DNA from: Acidobacteriota bacterium
GTDB taxonomy: Bacteria; Acidobacteriota; UBA6911; RPQK01; JAJDTT01
Assembly (NCBI GenBank): GCA_965263035.1
Contig: OZ253580.1
Location: 3,072,001 to 3,136,000, forward strand
DNA: 64,000 nt
Reading direction: 5' to 3'
Shown: positions 60,881 to 64,000 of the stretch, piece by piece
How positions within the stretch are numbered: position 1 is the stretch's first letter
Layout of the letters: every line of letters begins with the position of its first letter
Notes under the pieces: generated by a model
What the model was told of the DNA's origin: nothing
The model's input: only the letters and a program-made list of their open reading frames with translations
Database searches by the model: none
Position numbers and translations under genes: made by a program

Positions 60881-61569
60881 TGGAAATCGTGGTCACCGGA
60901 ACGGGAACCGAGATCGGGAAGACGGTCGTTTCCGCCGTTCTCCTGGCCGGTTGGATCGGACGAATGGGAGTGACCTATTGGAAACCGGTTGCCACGGGGG
61001 CGGAGGAGGGAAGCGACAGCCGGGAGGTGGCGTCCCTGGTGGGACCGGAGCTGCGGATTCTGGAGGAATGTTACCGCTTTGCGCCGCCCCTCTCGCCTCA
61101 CTTGGCGGCCCGCCTGGCTGGAGTCGAGATCGAACCGGAACGCATCCTCTCCGCTTACCGGCGTCATCGCGAATCCTCCGGAAACGGTCTTCTGGTGGTG
61201 GAGGGGATCGGTGGGCTCCTGGTGCCCCTGACCGATCGCGGGTATCTCCTGGCCGATCTGCTGAAGGCCTTGGACCTCCCCTGTCTCGTGGTGTCGTCGA
61301 GCCGGCTCGGGACCATCAACCACACTCTCCTGACCCTCGAAGCGCTCCGTTCCAGGGGCTTGAATCTGGCGGGAGTGGTCCTGAACGGTCCCCTCAACCT
61401 TGAGAATCGACGGGCCATCGAGAGGTTTGGCCAGACCCGTGTCGTGGCGGAGTTGGAACCGCTTAATCCCCTCTCCCGGGAGACCGTCGCCCGGGCAGCT
61501 TCCGAATTCGACCCGGACGGTGTGCTGGAGCGCAATCTCCGGGAGTCCCGGCCGGACGGTAGGGTGTAG
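60880..61569 (+). CDS. bioD: dethiobiotin synthase
   Basis: TGTGTEIGKT, WKPV, SPHLAA, VEGIGG, LGTINH. Confidence 0.95.
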   Translation: MEIVVTGTGTEIGKTVVSAVLLAGWIGRMGVTYWKPVATGAEEGSDSREVASLVGPELRILEECYRFAPPLSPHLAARLAGVEIEPERILSAYRRHRESSGNGLLVVEGIGGLLVPLTDRGYLLADLLKALDLPCLVVSSSRLGTINHTLLTLEALRSRGLNLAGVVLNGPLNLENRRAIERFGQTRVVAELEPLNPLSRETVARAASEFDPDGVLERNLRESRPDGRV

Positions 61570-61589
61570 TACGGTAACGAGTGTCAGCG

Positions 61590-62918
61590 ATGGGAGATTT
61601 CGGCGGTTGGATACCCCAGGATCGGAAATACGTCTGGCATCCGTTCACCCAGATGCAGACCGCGCCTCCTCCGATTCCCATCGATCGTGCCCAGGGGATC
61701 TATCTCCATACAGCGGCCGGCCGGCGCCTTTTGGACGGCATCTCCTCCTGGTGGGTCAATATCCACGGACACAACCATCCCCGTCTCAACCGCGCGTTGG
61801 AGGAACAGGCTTCGCGGCTGGGGCACGTCATGTTTGCCGGTTGCACACACGAACCGGCGGCACGGCTGGCCTCCGAGCTGGTCCGGCGGGCGCCGTCGGG
61901 TTTGACTCGGGTCTTCTTCTCGGACAACGGTTCCACTTCGGTGGAAGTGGCTCTGAAGATGTCCTACCAGTATTGGAAGAACCGGGGCGAGACCCGGGAC
62001 CTCTTCATCTCTCTGAAACATGCCTACCATGGCGACACCCTGGGGGCCATGGGGGTGGGGGGAGTCGATGCCTTCCATGCCCAGTTCGCGGACCTCCTGG
62101 TTCAGCAGCTCCAGACCCACTCTCCCACCTGTCGTACCTGCCCGGTGGGACGGGTCCGCGCCACGTGCCGCATCGAGTGCAGCGGACGGCTCGAGGATCT
62201 CCTGCGGGAGTCGGGTCATCGGGTAGCGGCGGTCATCGTGGAACCCATGGTTCAGGGCGCTGGGGGAATGATCATCTGGCCGGTGGAATTCCTGAACCTG
62301 GTCCGGGATCTGACCCGCCGGCACGGGACGCTCCTCATCGCCGACGAGGTCTTCACCGGCTTCGGCAGGACCGGAAAGATGTTCGCGTGCGAGCATGGAC
62401 CGGTGACACCCGACCTCATGTGCCTCTCCAAGGCGCTAACGGGAGGGTATCTTCCCCTGGCCGCCACCTTGGTGACGGAGCGCCTGTATCAGGCCTTCCT
62501 CAGCGAGGATCGGGGGCGGGGCTTCCTGCACGGACATTCCTATACCGCCAACCCCCTGGGATGCGCCGTCGCCCTGGAAAGCCTGGCCCTGTTCGATGAG
62601 GAAGACCGGCTGGAGCGAGTGGCTCGATTGGAAGAACTCTTCTCGGCGCGCCTGGCCCGCATCGCCCGGCTGCCTGGAGTGGCGGAGGTTCGCGGGATTG
62701 GAGGATTGGCAGTGGTGGAACTGGAAGCCGAGGGAGAGGCCGGCTACCTCGACTCTCGATCTCCCCGGTTGATCCAAGCCTTTCAGGAGAAGGGTCTTCT
62801 GCTGCGTCCTCTGGGGAACGTCCTCTACTTCCTTCCTCCTTACGTCATCGAGGATCAGGAGGTCCACTGGGCCTTCGACATTATGGAAGAAGTTCTCGCC
62901 TCCATCCTCCACCGCTGA
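61590..62918 (+). CDS. bioA: adenosylmethionine--8-amino-7-oxononanoate aminotransferase
   Basis: VWHPFTQM, DGISSWW, YHGDT, SKALTGG, HGHSYTANP. Confidence 0.96.
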   Translation: MGDFGGWIPQDRKYVWHPFTQMQTAPPPIPIDRAQGIYLHTAAGRRLLDGISSWWVNIHGHNHPRLNRALEEQASRLGHVMFAGCTHEPAARLASELVRRAPSGLTRVFFSDNGSTSVEVALKMSYQYWKNRGETRDLFISLKHAYHGDTLGAMGVGGVDAFHAQFADLLVQQLQTHSPTCRTCPVGRVRATCRIECSGRLEDLLRESGHRVAAVIVEPMVQGAGGMIIWPVEFLNLVRDLTRRHGTLLIADEVFTGFGRTGKMFACEHGPVTPDLMCLSKALTGGYLPLAATLVTERLYQAFLSEDRGRGFLHGHSYTANPLGCAVALESLALFDEEDRLERVARLEELFSARLARIARLPGVAEVRGIGGLAVVELEAEGEAGYLDSRSPRLIQAFQEKGLLLRPLGNVLYFLPPYVIEDQEVHWAFDIMEEVLASILHR

Positions 62919-63067
62919 GGGTCCCTCCTTTCGTGCGTCCTGCCATCGAGCTGTGCCAACGGCTGTGACCCGTGCCGGTGGTCTGTTTGATTTCCCGTTT
63001 GCGGCTGTGCTAGCCTCCACTCCCGGTTGTGGTTTCGCAACCGTACTTTGCCGACCATTGGAGGGAG

Positions 63068-63370
63068 ATGGTTAGACTTCGACCAAGACCTTATCGCCGC
63101 CGCAGACCGCGAAAGCGGAAGAGGCCTCCCCAGAGACGGGACGAGCCCAAGGAAAAGAAGTCAGACGCCATCGAGGTCACCGGAACCGTAACGGAACCGC
63201 TTCCCAACGCCATGTTTCGGGTCGAGTTGGAAAACGGTCACGTGGTTTTGGCCCACATTTCCGGAAAGATGCGGCGCCATTTCATCCGAATCCTTCGCGG
63301 CGACAGGGTCATGGTCGAGCTGTCACCCTATGACCTGACCCGGGGCCGTCTCACCTACCGGTACAAATAG
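63068..63370 (+). CDS. infA: translation initiation factor IF-1 with N-terminal extension
   Basis: [23 protein letters not shown]...[15 protein letters not shown]; GGAGGG RBS. Confidence 0.95.
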   Translation: MVRLRPRPYRRRRPRKRKRPPQRRDEPKEKKSDAIEVTGTVTEPLPNAMFRVELENGHVVLAHISGKMRRHFIRILRGDRVMVELSPYDLTRGRLTYRYK

Positions 63371-63379
63371 GCCTCCCCG

Positions 63380-64000
63380 ATGACCAAGGGACGCGCCGAG
63401 ACCCCCTGGATCCTGATTGCCCTTTCCCTGTTGTTGCCTCCGGTGGGACTGATTCCGGTCTGGGCGAGGTCCGGCTGGAGGATGCGGAACCGGCTGGGGG
63501 CAAGCCTCGCGCTTCTGGCATTGACGTGGGTCTACGTGTTTCAAGGACTGGGCCTGAGCATCGAACGGGACGGCACCGGGTGGCGGCCGCTGGTTTCCAT
63601 CACGCCGGTCTGGTCCCGGTACGTGACGGTCGGGGGGGCGTCCGCTTCGGGCGCGGCTCACCGGCCTCCTTCGTCGGGAATCCGAGGCTGGACCGGATTC
63701 CGGGGGCCGGGCCGGGACAGCCGTTACCTGGAGGGAGAGATTCGAACCGTCTGGCCCAGCGACGGACTTCCGCTGCTCTGGCGGCGCGACGTCGGCGGGG
63801 GATACGCGTCCATCGTTGCCGGTCCCGGGCTCCTCTTCACCATCGAGCAGCGAGGCCGCCAGGAGGTGGTGGCAGCCTACGATTCCGAAACGGGCGCCCA
63901 GGTCTGGAGTCACGGCTGGGACGCCGAGTTCCAGGAGGTCATGGGGGGTGACGGGCCCAGGGCGACTCCCCAGTGGCACGAGGGCCGGCTTTACGTCCTG
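63380..64000 (+). CDS. PQQ-like beta-propeller protein (runs off window)
   Basis: N-terminal TMs, then WTGFRGPGRD, LLWRRDVGGGYAS, GDGPRATP; open to the window end. Confidence 0.85.
   Translation, partial: MTKGRAETPWILIALSLLLPPVGLIPVWARSGWRMRNRLGASLALLALTWVYVFQGLGLSIERDGTGWRPLVSITPVWSRYVTVGGASASGAAHRPPSSGIRGWTGFRGPGRDSRYLEGEIRTVWPSDGLPLLWRRDVGGGYASIVAGPGLLFTIEQRGRQEVVAAYDSETGAQVWSHGWDAEFQEVMGGDGPRATPQWHEGRLYVL

Overview
GC-rich bacterial chromosome segment, probably Acidobacteriota (Acidobacterial-type VWA protein, many Tat/secreted proteins; two secreted ankyrin proteins hint at a host-associated lifestyle, which is inference). Main blocks, in order: galU with a glucuronokinase-like gene, gluconokinase and gnd; parDE; a divergent copper locus (TolC-CusB-CusA plus two accessory proteins behind a clear sigma54 promoter, facing an NtrC-type regulator, sensor kinase and CopA); TPM-NTase-LemA; trmI; M28 peptidase; tRNA-Asp; catabolic and transport genes; a MoxR-DUF58-Bat operon; sulfatase, VWA and FG-GAP genes; a decayed zone; tRNA-Cys; bioFDA; infA. 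The most unusual signal is an apparent 6S RNA gene split into two halves (about 4933-5050 and 5375-5416) by a ~324-nt insert carrying a structured segment and a small ORF with its own promoter. Also notable: a MITE that disrupts an amidohydrolase gene and has a 45-bp minimal sibling, REP doublets, a duplicated HxH...CEG accessory protein in the Cus operon, and an IF-1 with an Arg-rich N-terminal extension. All calls come from reading motifs by eye; no searches were run.
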